64,000 nucleotides of DNA from Eledone cirrhosa (taxonomy: Eukaryota), in NCBI GenBank assembly GCA_964016885.1, contig OZ024765.1:6014001-6078000 (forward strand), given 5' to 3'. The notes under the pieces were generated by a model. The model saw only the letters and a program-made list of their open reading frames with translations, was not told where the DNA came from and ran no database searches. Shown piece by piece: positions 44,591 to 59,483 of this stretch. Within the stretch, counting starts at the first letter, position 1. Each line of letters begins with the position of its first letter. Position numbers and translations under genes: made by a program.

Positions 44591-45336
44591 CTCGAGATAC
44601 ATTTGCTCACCATACTCTGTATGGTGAGCAAATGGGCCCTCGCGTGCTGGCCGGCCGCCCCACAGCCCCGGCGGACAGAATGGGAGAAGGCGTTTCCCCC
44701 AGGGGGTGGTAAGGGAGATGCGCTGGAAGAGCCATTCCAGCTGTGATACCACTTCCAATCCGGCTGCGGGAACGGAGTTTTGACGCATTGAGTTACGGGC
44801 CCTTGCCATTCTGAGTTCAAATCCCACCGAGGTTAACTTTGCCTTTCATCCTTACGGGGTCGATAAAATAAAGTACCAGTAATACACTGGGATAATTCCT
44901 GGCCTTGTGCCAAAAGTAGAAAAAAATATTAAATAAAGTGACAGCAGGCCGTATTGGTGAATTTCCTTTAAAGTTTTATTATTGCAGACACTATATATAT
45001 ATATATATTTCAATGGCCAGTAGGATCACAGCGACTTCATCAGGTGTATTACATAAGAGTTATAAAGGAATTATAGTAAATAGAAACTGTGAGTGTACTA
45101 GGTGAGAAAATATAGAAAATAGGGGCGGCATATGTCTCCGTGTTGGCGATTACAGCAGCCGCCTCATACATATATATAAACATATATACACACACACATA
45201 TATATATATACACACACACACACACATGTATATATATATATATATACATACACACATGTGTATAAAGTGTGAGTTGACGAGACTGAGGACCCCACAAATT
45301 AGGGAAGAAGCAGAGTGGATATATATATATATATAT

Positions 45337-45540
45337 AGGTTTTAATATAGATGAGATTCTACAGGACTAGAACTGTTTCATTCATTAGAAATCATCAGGA
45401 ATCCAGTATTCCTGATGATTTCTAATGAATGAAACAGTTCTAGTCCTGTAGAATCTCATCTATATTAAAACCTTTATACTCTGCTATGTATTGAGTACCT
45501 TACTTACTGTGGTTACCTCCGATTCAACCAGGAATAACGT
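45337..45540 (+). mobile_element. Fold-back element family B with hammerhead-like core
   Basis: Perfect 66-bp arms 45337-45402 and 45408-45473; CTGATGA 45412-45418; GAAA 45431-45434; tail TTGAG at 45491. Relatives at 49192-49375 and 2486-2600. Confidence 0.78.
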
Positions 45541-45632
45541 ATATATATATATATATATATGTATATACATGCACGTATATATATGTGTGTGTATGTATGT
45601 ATATATATGTACATATATGTATTTATGTATGC

Positions 45633-45685
<53 letters not shown>

Positions 45686-45747
45686 AATATATATATATTT
45701 ACGTCAAGGAATGTGTGTACAATAGATATACATGTGGGAGTATGCTT

Positions 45748-45782
<35 letters not shown>

Positions 45783-45920
45783 AGATTATTTGTATGAACG
45801 AGTGTATAATACATAACCCAGCACCCAACCGCTTAACCTTCCGAACTAAGCCCCCCCCCCTCCCCCCCCCCATATATATATAGCTTAAAATGGAGTGAGA
45901 ATAAGAAGAAAGCAAGAACG

Positions 45921-45983
<63 letters not shown>

Positions 45984-45984
45984 G

Positions 45985-46035
<51 letters not shown>

Positions 46036-46040
46036 GTATG

Positions 46041-46094
<54 letters not shown>

Positions 46095-46181
46095 GTCCAG
46101 GCTGTGTTCCAGACATGCAGATCACCCACGCATATGTATATGTGTATATATACATACATACATAAACATACATACATAAAC

Positions 46182-46258
<77 letters not shown>

Positions 46259-46391
46259 CATATATACATACATATATACATACATATATATATATATACA
46301 TACATACATAAACATACATTACATATATATTTTAAACATACATACATACATACATATACATATATATATATACACATATACATATATACGC

Positions 46392-46422
<31 letters not shown>

Positions 46423-46471
46423 TACATATAAACGCATAGATATATACATATATATATACATACACACACCT

Positions 46472-46508
<37 letters not shown>

Positions 46509-46673
46509 GATATATTTATATGTATATATATATATATTTATATGCATAAATGTGTAATTATATGTATATATATATATATGTGTGTGTATGTATATATACA
46601 TGTATATATATATATATGTATATATATATAGATATATATATATATGAACGGAAAAAATGAAACGATATTTATG

Positions 46674-46748
<75 letters not shown>

Positions 46749-46779
46749 GTGTATATATATATATATATATATGTGTATA

Positions 46780-46890
<111 letters not shown>

Positions 46891-49159
46891 ATATATATAT
46901 ATGTGTATATATATATGTCCAGACAGTGCAATAGACACAGACTGTTTCCACCCAAAATCCCCGCCGTACCGCTCCATTGGTAACAGTTGTGGTGGTGGTG
47001 GTGGTTGTAGTGGTGGTGGTGGTAGTAGTGTTGGTGGTGGTGGTAGTGTTGGTGGTGGTAGTAGTGTTGGTGGTGGTGGTGGTGGTAGTGTTGGTGGTGG
47101 TAGTAGTGTTGGTGGTGGTGGTGGTGGTGGTGGTGGTGGTGTTGGTGGTGGTAGTGGTGGTGTTGGTGGTGGTGGTAGTAGTGTTGGTGGTAGTGGTGGT
47201 GGTAGTAGTGTTGGTGGTGGTGGTAGTGTTGGTGGTGGTAGTAGTGTTGGTGGTGGTGGTGGTGGTAGTGGTGGTGGTGGTAGTAGTGGTGGTAGTAGTG
47301 TTGGTGGTGGTGGTGGTGGTGGTAGTGTTGGTGGTGGTGGTATTGGTTGTAGTTGTAATGGTGGTGGTAGTGGTGGTGGTGGTGGTGTTGGTAGTGGTGG
47401 TAGTAGTGACAATAGTGGCGGTGGTAGTAGTGTTGGCGGCGGCGGCGATGATGGTGGTGGTGGTGGTATTGGTGATAGTGGTAGTGGCGGTGGTAGTTGT
47501 GTCGGCGGCGGCGGCGGTCATTATTGATGGTGGTGTTGGTGGCGGCGGCGGTGGTAATTAGCGGCGGCGGTGGTGGTGGTGGCGTTCATGGTCTCGGCGG
47601 TGGCGATAGCCGTGATGCCCTGCAATGGTGGTGGTGGTGCTGGTGGACTGGGGGTGTGTCTAGACTGACAGGAGACGCTGATCCCTTACGTTAGAGACAA
47701 CATGTGTCAGACACACCCCCGCCTTACGATATACAGTCTCCCTTCCCTTGAAACTAACAGCAGGGGAGGCTAGCTCCCTGTCCCTCCCCCACTATACCTA
47801 ATTGGCCTGTCTTGTCTCCTCGCCTACCCTCAACACCGCCACCACCATCCCTTTCTACACCACCACCACCTCCTCCACGACCACCACCTCCACTATTACC
47901 AACACCGCCACCACCATCCCTATCTACACCACCACCACCTCCACGACCACCACCTCCACTATTACCAACACCGCCACCACCATCCCTATCTACACACCAC
48001 CACCACCACCACCACCACCTCCACTATTACCAACACCGCCACCACCATCCCTATCTACACCACCACCACCTCCACGACCACCACCTCCACTATTACCAAC
48101 ACCGCCACCACCATCCCTATCTACACACCACCACCACCACCACCACCTCCACTATTACCAACACCGCCACCGCCTCCGTTATTACCAAGACTGCCACCAC
48201 CTCCATCATCACCCCACCACGGCCTCCGTCATTACCAACACCGCCACCACCACCTCCACCATTACCAACACCACCACCTCCACCATTACCAACACCGCCA
48301 CCTCCAACACCGCCACGTCCATTATTACCAACAGCACCTCCATCACCATAACTACCACCACACAACCGCTATAAGCACAGCACCACCAACACCATCGTCG
48401 ACACCACACCACCTCTCCCTCTACCACCACCACCTCTCCCTCTACCACCACCACCACCACCACCACTACCACCACCTCTACCGCCACCACCGCCACCACC
48501 ACCACCACTACCCAAACCACCGCCACCACCACCACTACCACTGCTACCTCTACCAAAACCACCACCACCACCACTACCACCACCACTACCTCTACCAAAA
48601 CCACCGCCACCACTACCACCACCACCACCACTACCACCACCACTACCTCTACCAAAACCACCGCCACCACTACCACCACCACTACCTCTACCAAAACCAC
48701 CGCCACCACCACTACCACCACTACCTCTACCAAAACCACCGCCACCACTACCACCACCACCACCACTACCACCACTACCTCTACCAAAACCACCGCCACC
48801 ACCACTACCACCACTACCTCTACCAAAACCACCACCACCACCACTACCACCACTACCGCCACCACCACCACCGCCACCACCACTACCTCTACCAAAACTA
48901 AAAAGTCACACTCGTTCAGCGTATCGGTAGGGGTTCTCCTACATGGATATAAAGTAGTGGCCGTACTCGAAGACGAGTTGGCAGCCACCATGTGTGTACA
49001 TATACCGATGATTTGATCAGAGACACCCACTGTATTTAAGGTCAAGTGACGCAACTTCGAGTGATTGGCGGCCTTTAGACTCCCCTGATCAATGAAACAA
49101 TTGTTAACACTGTAAATAAAACCCTTTTTGTACAGCCGACCATGTTATTCTTCACTCTT

Positions 49160-49191
<32 letters not shown>

Positions 49192-49198
<7 letters not shown>

Positions 49199-49375
49199 GG
49201 CTTCTACAGGACTAGAACTGTTTCATTCAGGAGAAATCATCGAACTTCCTGATGATTTCTCCCGAATGAAATAGTTCTAGTCCTGTAGAAGCCATTTCTA
49301 TATTAAATATTTATACTCTGCTATGTATTGAGTACCTTACTTACTCTGGTTACTCCCGATTGAACCCACAATAAA
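49192..49375 (+). mobile_element. Fold-back element family B
   Basis: Inverted arms; CTGATGA 49249-49255; GAAA 49268-49271; tail TTGAG at 49328. Confidence 0.75.
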
Positions 49376-49501
49376 CACACACACACACACACACACACAC
49401 GAATATATATATATATATATATATAAACAAAAGGGATATTCGATTTGTTGGTAATTCAACAAATATAAATATTAAGGTATATTCTCCTTGGTTATGTCAG
49501 A

Positions 49502-49599
49502 ATTTATAAAACACACTTCGTATTTTATCTGATGATAGCGTACCAAAGTTTTTGGTACCCTTGAAATATATATAATAAAATAAATATGGTTTTATAAAT
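49502..49599 (+). ncRNA. Type I hammerhead ribozyme motif (family D-like)
   Basis: Helix I tattttat/ataaaata (8 bp); CTGATGA 49529-49535; helix II gtacca/tggtac; GAAA 49563-49566, TATATA, TA. Confidence 0.75.
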
Positions 49600-49621
49600 A
49601 TAGTTTCCATTTATTTAATAT

Positions 49622-49684
<63 letters not shown>

Positions 49685-49707
49685 TATATATATATTATAT
49701 ATATATA

Positions 49708-49915
49708 GTAATAATAATAAATTTGAAGACTAAAATCCAAAGAGGGCTCAATAAGGATAAAAATATATCAAATATATAAGAACCGTGGAGCAAATATTTA
49801 TTAAAATAACAGATTTAAGTTTAAGCAAAGAATCGCTGCTTTCACCCTTCTAACCCGTTAAGGGTGAAAGCAGCGATTCTTTGCTTAAACTTTAATCTGT
49901 TATTTTAATAAATAT
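49708..49915 (-). mobile_element. Fold-back element family F (tail plus hairpin)
   Basis: Core ...tcccgttaagggtGAAAgcagcgattctttgcttaaac. Other pieces at 4460-4567, 5712-5868, 10841-11000, 27363-27450, 37008-37155. Confidence 0.7.
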
Positions 49916-49957
49916 ATATTATATATACACACACACAAATATGTATATATGTATATA

Positions 49958-50568
49958 CATGGTGGCTGCCAACTCGTTTTCGAGTACGGCCACTCCTTTA
50001 TATCCATGTAGGAGAACCTATACCGATGCGCTGAACGAATGTGACTTTTTAGTCCAGCCAGCGACTTGAAAACTCTAGTACAAACACTACACTTGTGACA
50101 ATTATTGACACATAGTGCTGGGCCCATGGTACCATGTGAGGACAAGTGCAGAGAGATCTCCAGATATAAAGCAATGCCTGTGCCGTGAAGCTTTTATAGT
50201 GAGCAAAGGCACTGCACAAAGCCAGTCCCACTCTCTTAACCAAGATGATATTTACCAAAAAGAAGAACAAGTCAACATCATTGGATACCATCAGGGTTGC
50301 AGGTGTTATATCAGAGTTTTCCTTCTCCTAGAATTCTGCCTTGAGAAAGGCTAAGGGGTCATCTCTCCCGGTGATTTTGGATGGCCATTGACTCTTAAGA
50401 GCTCCTTTGCCCTTTGACAGGTTTTGTTTTTAGTCCTGCAGGATGTCCAAAGTCACCCTCCTCACCAAGAAACCTTGGTGGAGTTGCCAGTTTAGTCGCC
50501 AACGACCCGACCATGAGACAGGTTGTACTGGGATACATGTTACCAGTAGCACCAACTGGTGACCTGAC
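49958..50568 (-). mobile_element. ~610-bp non-autonomous RTE-derived element, copy 3
   Basis: Same element. A 5'-truncated + strand copy lies at 48897-48992. Confidence 0.7.
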
Positions 50569-50835
50569 ATATATTAATAAAAATAATGAATAAAAACAAT
50601 GAATAAAAACAAAGAAACAGTTCCTTCATAAATGAATAAAAACAAAGAAAAATTCATCATTTTACGATCGTTTCTAGGATATATATGTGTGTGTTGGTAT
50701 GTATATCATATAGATCTATGTAAAAATTTTACAAACTATCAGAGGGAATATACATAGCTACACATATATATGCTGTCTTCAGAAATACTTATTTATCTAC
50801 ATATATATACATACATATATTTATATATATATATA

Positions 50836-50881
<46 letters not shown>

Positions 50882-51318
50882 ACGGAGGAAATGTGGTAAG
50901 GAACCAGGTGGACCATAACGCACCAAAGTACTCAATACTTAGGGTAGTAGAGTGGGTAATAGGAACGAGAAGGACCCCGACGGCTGAGCTCAAGCCGTTT
51001 CGACGGCTAATTCCAGAATTAGCCGTCGAAACGGCTTGAGCTCAGCCGTCGGGGTCCTACTCGTTCCTATATATATATATATATATGTGTGTGTAGTATA
51101 TGTATATGCCTACAATCGGAGGCAATGACAGTGGTATCAAAAGACCCAGTATTCGGTAATACAGAATATCAGAACATAAAAAGCCATAGAGACTTGAAGT
51201 GGTTGCTAGGTAGAAGTGAATTATATTGAATGGAGATATTTAAACCTCTCCAGTTGAACGTTTAAACATACACCACAACTATGTGTAGGTGTTTGTGTGA
51301 TGGTGGGGCATATAAATA

Positions 51319-51372
<54 letters not shown>

Positions 51373-51647
51373 TATATACATATATATATACATATATATA
51401 TACATATATATATATATGCCCCACCATCACACAAACACCTATATATATATATATATAACGAAGGAAATGTGGTAAGGAACCAGGTGGACCATAACACACC
51501 AAAGTACTCAATACTTAGGGTAGTAGAGTGGGTAATAGGAACGAGTAGGACCCCGACGGCTGAGCTCAAGCCGCTTCGACGGCTAATTCTGGACTAGTCC
51601 AGAATTAGCCGTCGAAACGGCTTGAGCTCTGCCGTCGGGGTCATACT

Positions 51648-51713
<66 letters not shown>

Positions 51714-51756
51714 ATGTATATATATATATATATGTGTGCGTCTGTGTGTGAGTGTG

Positions 51757-51805
<49 letters not shown>

Positions 51806-51808
51806 ATG

Positions 51809-51853
<45 letters not shown>

Positions 51854-52598
51854 GTATATATATATCTATATATATACACTTGTATTTGTATTTGTTTTGC
51901 AAGATTTCTTATCTAAAAACGTGTGTTGAAACAGATATTGTTATACTTTGGGAGGGCCATGTTGTTATACTTTGGGAGGGCCATGTTGCCAATAAAAACA
52001 CACGCACCAGTTGATTTTCACTTCAATTTATTATAAATTTCCGGTTAGTTATTTCAATAACCGGATGGTTGTTTATATATTATGAAAGCTCTTTCATCAC
52101 ACATTCTGTGACCTCATCAGTGACTGATTTGCTGCTTTCCGTCTCTCTTTCGTTCTGTCCTACATACATACATGTACACACAGATACTTACATAGATACA
52201 TATACATGGATGCATACATACACTCGAGCGCACTCACACACTCAAACACACCCAAATACACTTACACACAAGCACAAACGCGCATAGGTACACACACACC
52301 GCACACACATACACATACACACACGCAAACACATACACACACACGCACAAACACACATACACACACACATACACCCACACACACAAACACACACATACAC
52401 ATAAACACACACACGCACACACAAACACACCCCCACACACCCACACATACACAAACACAAACACACATAAACACACACACAAACACACGCAAACTCAAAC
52501 ACACACACGAACAAACACACATATACACACAAACACACACACACAAACACAAACACACAAACACACGCACACAAACACACACACACACAAACACACAT

Positions 52599-52635
<37 letters not shown>

Positions 52636-53204
52636 TACGCAAACTCAAACACACACGCACAAACACATATATACACAAACACACACACAAACACACACAC
52701 ACACACGTCATTACCAATTTATCCGGGTGAGTTACGGGTTGGGGTGAGGCAGACTTGGTGGCTCACCTTGTCCTCCACCCACTGATATAGTGTGGGGTTG
52801 GGGATAGGAGTGGTAGGGGCGGGAACAGAGAGAGGGAGCGGCGTGGAGGGGTAGGGAGAGGAGGGAGGAAAAGAGACGAACGGAGGGGAGAGGGAGAAAG
52901 GAAGAGTGTAAGAGAGAAACGGGGGGGGGGAGTTGTAGAAAGGATAAGAGTGTGAGAGAGAGAGAGAGCGAGAGAATGAAAGAAAGTCATGGGAGAGAGA
53001 GAGAGGGGGAGGGGGAGAGGGGGGAATACAGGGAGAGAGAGAGGGGAGAGGGGGAGATAGGGGGAGAGAGAGACTGGAGGGAGGGGTGATTGAAACATGT
53101 CTGTGTGAAATGGTGCGGAAGTTTGAAGAAATAAATCTCATGTTGCTTCTGTTGTTGTTGTTATTGTTGTTGTTGTTGTTGTTGTTGTGGTGGTGGTGGT
53201 GGTG

Positions 53205-53475
53205 ACAGAGGGTCCTGTCAAAAGCAACCATCTCCAACTGATCCGGCAGGATCCCCCAAGCGAGACCAGCCAAGCTCATGGATGTTATCCAACCATCTTG
53301 CTCCGGGTGGGTTTACCCATGGGTCTCCTGTTGGTTGGTTTTGTCCGTAAAATCTGTCCAGTAGTTCTTTCCTGAGACATTCTAACCACATGTCCATAGT
53401 ATCAGAGCTGAGATCTCTCAATTTGGAGAAGTAGCAGCTCTACCTGGAGTGACTCTCTGATCTCCAAGCTACAAA
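53205..53475 (-). mobile_element. RTE LINE 3' fragment that seeds the adjacent array
   Basis: IRESLQVELLLLQIERSQL*YYGHVVRMSQER..RWLDNIHELGWSRLG. Confidence 0.7.
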
Positions 53476-54790
53476 TATCTCCAGTGATTCTTTCCTGAGA
53501 CATTCTAACCACATGTCCATAGTATCAGAGCTGAGATCTCTCAATTTGGAGAAGTAGCAGCTCTACCTGGAGTGACTCTCTGATCTCCAAGCTACAAATC
53601 TGTCCAGTGTTTCTTTCCTGTGACATTCTAACCACATGTCCATAGTATCAGAGCTGAGATCTCTCAATTTGGAGAAGTAGCAGCTCTACCTGGAGTGACT
53701 CTCTGATCTCCGAGCTACAAATATCTCCAGTAGTTCTTTCCTGAGACATTCTAACCACATGTCCATAGTATCAGAGCTGTGATCTCTCAATTCAGAGAAG
53801 TAGCAGCTCTACCTGGAGTGACTCTCTGATCTCCGAGCTACAAATATCTCCAGTGATTCTTTCCTGAGACATTCTAACCACATGTCCATAGTATCAGAGC
53901 TGTGATCTCTCAATTCAGAGAAGTAGCAGCTCTACCTGGAGTGACTCTCTGATCTCCAAGCTACAAATCTGTCCAGTGATTCTTTCCTGTGACATTCTAA
54001 CCACATGTCCATAGTATCAGAGCTGAGATCTCTCAATTTGGAGAAGTAGCAGCTCTACCTGGAGTGACTCTCTGATCTCCGAGCTACAAATATCTCCAGT
54101 GATTCTTTCCTGAGACATTCTAACCACATGTCCATAGTATCAGAGCTGAGATCTCTCAATTTGGAGAAGTAGCAGCTCTACCTGGAGTGACTCTCTGATC
54201 TCCGAGCTACAAATATCTCCAGTGATTCTTTCCTGAGACATTCTAACCACATGTCCATAGTATCAGAGCTGTGATCTCTCAATTCAGAGAAGTAGCAGCT
54301 CTACCTGGAGTGACTCTCTGATCTCCAAGCTACAAATCTGTCCAGTGATTCTTTCCTGTGACATTCTAACCACATGTCCATAGTATCAGAGCTGAGATCT
54401 CTCAATTTGGAGAAGTAGCAGCTCTACCTGGAGTGACTCTCTGATCTCCGAGCTACAAATATCTCCAGTGATTCTTTCCTGAGACATTCTAACCACATGT
54501 CCATAGTATCAGAGCTGAGATCTCTCAATTTGGAGAAGTAACAGCTCTACCTGGAGTGACTCTCTGATCTCCAAGCTACAAATCTGTCCAGTGATTCTTT
54601 CCTGAGACATTCTAACCACATGTCCATAGTATCAGAGCTGTGATCTCTCAATTCAGAGAAGTAACAGCTCTACCTGGAGTGACTCTCTGATCTCCGAGCT
54701 ACAAATCTGTCCAGTGATTCTTTCCTGAGACATTCTAACCACATACCCGTAGTATCGGAGCCGTGACCATCAATTCAGAGAAGTAGCGGC
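53353..54790. repeat. 123-bp tandem array, ~11.7 copies, RTE-derived
   Basis: Anchor ccagt recurs at 53358, 53481, 53604 ... 54711 (period 123). Confidence 0.95.
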
Positions 54791-55013
54791 TTTCTCACAC
54801 AAGTTATTTAATAAAGGACAATTTTGTTAGTGCGAAGAAAATATCATTTATTTAGTCTTTCGAGTCACCTAGCTAGCTGTGGAACTGTCTTTTGCAAGGA
54901 AGTCTTCACTGCCTTAGAAGTATGAGAGAGAATCGGGGTGAAGGTGGACACAGCTTTAGGTGGTGCAGTTAAGAAGTTAGCTTCGCAACCCTTCTAAATT
55001 CTATCTTCTAATT

Positions 55014-55089
55014 CAGAGGTCCTCAACCACTGGACCGCGGACCAGTTCTGGTCCGTGGATCATTTGCTACCGGGCCACAAAGAAATAAC
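55014..55089 (+). mobile_element. hAT/Charlie-like terminus (one end only)
   Basis: cagaggtcctcaacc..ccgcggaccagttctggtccgtgg resembles MER1-type ends. Confidence 0.5.
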
Positions 55090-56053
55090 TTGTTTAGAAT
55101 TATATAATAGATAGATAAACAAAAGGATAGGAATGCTGTGCCCTGATGAATTTTGTAACAGGATTACGTTGAACCCAAGCATATAATAATTGTGTCTAGA
55201 GTACCCTCAGTCGGTTTTCTTGGTGTCACACGTAATAACTTGTGTTTACTCTCGATCAAATGATTTTAATTTTCCCTCCATCGAGTGCTTTTTGACTGCC
55301 TCAAACAAATTGAACAGTACTTGCTGTACAGCAACTAAAACTTCGATTAATACTTATTATATATACTAGCAGAAAAACCACCATTCGGGTGGATTTCTGC
55401 TAGCATGTGTAGTGTGTATATTGATATTATACGCAAGTATATATACATGTAGATATGATACATCAAATAAAATCGTAATTGACAATATACACAGAAATTA
55501 AACGAAGACTGCGTTACACTGTCTTATGTAAGCAGTAACGTAAACCATGATACATAAAAAAGATGATATTATATATAAACTGCATTAGGAAAAAATTAGT
55601 GACGGAAATATATGAGTGTTTATTTAAGCGATCGCCACCGGAAGTGTTGACATTTGAAAATTTTAAAGAAGTGAATCTTAAAATAAGCAACAATAAAATT
55701 ATTTATATTTAATCAAGAATAACGAAATTTAGTAGATAAATTATGTAATATAGGTAGAGGGCCTGACGCCATGCTTTGCAGAAAAGAGTTATGGCCCTTT
55801 ATGGCCTGAGTTCAAAACCCGCCGAGGTTAACGTTGCCTTTCATCCTTACGGGGTCGATAAAATAAAGTACCAGTAATACACTGGAATAATTGCTGGCCT
55901 TGTGCCAAAAGTAGAAGCAATTGTTTCGGTAGAGGGTCGGACGCCATGCTTTGTAGCAAAGAGTTATGGCCCTTTATGGTTTGAGTTCAAACCCCCCCCC
56001 CCCCCCCCCCCCCCCTTTGTGCCAAAAGTAGAAATAATTATTATTACTATATA

Positions 56054-56133
56054 TTAGGTTGTAACATAGATTCCCGCCGTTTTTTTTTTATTAAACAAAT
56101 TATAACAACGGCGGAAATTTATGTTACAACCCA

Positions 56134-56134
<1 letters not shown>
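56054..56134. mobile_element. 81-bp mariner-like MITE
   Basis: TIR ttaggttgtaacatagattcccgccgtt / aacggcggaaatttatgttacaacccaa, with TA on both sides. Confidence 0.75.
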
Positions 56135-56164
<30 letters not shown>

Positions 56165-56188
56165 TATACATATATACACACACACATA

Positions 56189-56226
<38 letters not shown>

Positions 56227-56244
56227 CATATATATATATATATA

Positions 56245-56556
56245 ACCAAAGATTAATATGGTTCGTTGATTAATCAACAAATACAATTTTACAATAGATT
56301 AGAAGCACTCGACAGTTGATTTTCCTGGAGTATTTAATATTATTCAACATGTTAATAAATGAAAAATATTCTCATAATTAAAATATATATTTTATTATAC
56401 ATATTTCAAAGGTACAATGGTGTTTAAGTACGTTTTCATCAGACCTTATATTTTATCTGATGAAAACGTACTTAAACATCTTTGTACCTTTGAAATATGT
56501 ATAATAAAATATATATTTTGATTATGAGAATATTTTTCATTTATTAACATTTTGAA
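56245..56556. mobile_element. Fold-back element family D, tail on left, hammerhead motif in right arm
   Basis: Inverted arms ~56347-56443 and ~56456-56550; CTGATGA 56457-56463; GAAA 56492-56495, TATGTA, TA; minus-strand tail TCGAGTGCTTC. Confidence 0.75.
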
Positions 56557-56557
56557 G

Positions 56558-56680
<123 letters not shown>

Positions 56681-56847
56681 TGACGGCGACGGAGCAAGGG
56701 TGAAGATCTTAGTGGAAATGTGTTATGATGTTAACAAATTCGTTAATAAAACCTCTCCGATTATCAACCCCACTTCGCCACCCGTTTATAAATCTCTTTG
56801 TACATATGCTAATACATGCACAGGAACAAAATGCTTGCCAAGACATT

Positions 56848-56888
<41 letters not shown>

Positions 56889-57024
56889 CTTTAAAGAGTC
56901 AAATAAATTGGGTCTTGAATTTTTTAAACGTGTATTAAGCCTTAAATCGTGTCTCTCCACCCCCTCTCTGTTTGTTTCCCAACCCCCTCTAAAATACCCC
57001 TCAACACATATAAATGGGTGTACA

Positions 57025-57066
<42 letters not shown>

Positions 57067-57068
57067 CA

Positions 57069-57140
<72 letters not shown>

Positions 57141-57277
57141 ATGTACATATACATATATATATATATATATATACATATATGTATATACATACATATATAA
57201 ATATATATATATATACATATATATATATATGTACACATATATATATATGTACATATACATATATATATATATGTTTT

Positions 57278-57315
<38 letters not shown>

Positions 57316-57526
57316 TGTAAATACATATATATACATATATGTAAATACATATACACACATATATATATATATATATGTATATGTACATATATATATATAT
57401 GTATATATATATATGTATATTTATATATATATGTATATATATATATACATATATATACATACATATACATACATACATATACATACATATATATACATAC
57501 ATATACATATATACATATACATACCT

Positions 57527-57572
<46 letters not shown>

Positions 57573-59483
57573 CCTGGACCCAGGACCTCCCCTCCACCCC
57601 TACATTCGTCACGTCAGTGTTGCTAAAGGTTTTCCCTCTAATCTATCCCCTAATCCCTCCAATCACCCCGGCCTAATCCCGTCTCTTCTTGATAGCTTAA
57701 TAATTGCTCAGCGGTTCTCGGCTCAGTACAGGAAGTACTGAAGACGCTTCTTGCTGGTAGAACATTCGAGAATGTTTAGTCTGAATATATTGGTATAATG
57801 TATTTAGAGGGAGGAAGAGGTGGTGGTGGTGTGGTGGTGGTGGTGGTGGTGGTGGTGGTGTGGTGGTGTGGTGGTGGTGGTGGTGTGGTGGTGGTGTGGT
57901 GGTGGTGGTGGTGGTGTGGTGGTGTGGTGGTGGTGGTGGTGGTGGTGGTGATGTGGTGGTGGTGTGGTGGTGTGGTGGTGTGGTGGTGTTGATGGTGGTG
58001 TTGTGGTCATGGTGTGTAGTGGTGGTGGTGGTGGTGGTGATGTGGTGGTGGTGGTGGTGGTGGTGGTGTGGTGTGTAGTGGTGGTGGTGTGGTGGTGTAG
58101 TGGTGGTGGTGTGGTGGTGTAGTTGTTGGTGGTGGTGGTGTTGATGGTGGTGTTGTGGTCATGGTGTGTAGTGGTGGTGGTGGTGGTGGTGTGTAGTGGT
58201 GGTGGTGGTGATGTGGTGGTGGTGTGTAGTGGTGGTGGTGGTGATGTGGTGTGTAGTGGTGGTGGTGGTGTGTAGTGTGTACTGGTGGTGGTGTGTAGTG
58301 GTGGTGGTGTGGTGGTGGTGCGTAGTGGTGGTGGTGGTGGTGGTGATGGTGGTGGTGTGGTGTGTAGTGGTGGTGGTGGTGTGTAGTGTGTACTGGTGGT
58401 GGTGTGTAGTGGTGGTGGTGTGGTGGTGGTGCGTAGTGGTGGTGGTGGTGTGTAGTATGTACTGGTGGTGGTGTGTAGTGGTGGTGGTGTGGTGGTGGTG
58501 GTGGTGCGTAGTGGTGGTGGTGGTGATGGTGGTGGTGTGGTGTGTAGTGGTGGTGGTGTGTTGTGTGCAGTGGTGTGGTGGTGGTGTTGTTGTGGTGGTG
58601 GTGGCGTGGTGGTGTTGTTGTGGTGGTGGTAGTGTTGTGGTGGTGGTGGTGTGTAGTGGTGTTGTTGTGGTGATTGGTGTTGTTGTGGTGATTGGTGGTA
58701 GTGGTGGTGTTGTTGTGGTGATGTGGTGGTGGTGTGTAGTGTGTAGTGGCGTGGTGGTGTTGTTGTGGTGGTGGTGTTGTTGTGGTGATGTGGTGGTTGT
58801 AGTGTGTAGTGGTGTGGTGGTGTTGTTGTGGTGGTGGTGGTGGTGTAGTGGCGTGGTGTAGTGGCGTGGTGGTGTTGTTGTGGTGGTGGTGGTGTGTAGT
58901 GTGTAGTGGCGTGGTGGTGTTGTTGTTGGTGTGTAGTGTGTAGTGGCGTGGTGGTGGTGTTGTTGTGGTGGTGGTGGTAGTGGTGGTGGTGTGTTGTGTG
59001 CAGTGGTGTGGTGGTGTTGTTGTGGTGGTGGTGGCGTGGTGGTGTTGTTGTGGTGGTGGTGTTGTTGTGGTGCTGGTAGTGTTGTGGTGCTGGTGGTGAT
59101 GTGGTGGTGTGTGGTGGTGTGGTGGTGTTGTGGTGGTTGTTGTTGTTGTTGTGGTGGTGTTGGTGTTTTTGTGGTGGTGATGTGGTGGTTGTGTTGGTGT
59201 TGTGGTGGTGATGTGGTGGTTGTGTTGGTGTTGTGGTGGTGGTGGTGTTGGTGTGTAGTGGTGATGGTGATGAGAAGAAGAAGAAGATAATAATAATTGT
59301 TTCTACTTTAGGCACAAGGCCAGCAATTACCCAATCAGTGCATTACTGGTACTTTATTTTATCGACCCGTAAGGATGAAAAGCAAAGTTAACCTCGGCGG
59401 GATTTGAACTTAGAATGGCAAGGACGATAACTCTATGCGTCAAAGCATGGCGTCCGACCCTCTACGGATACTGTCAATCCACA

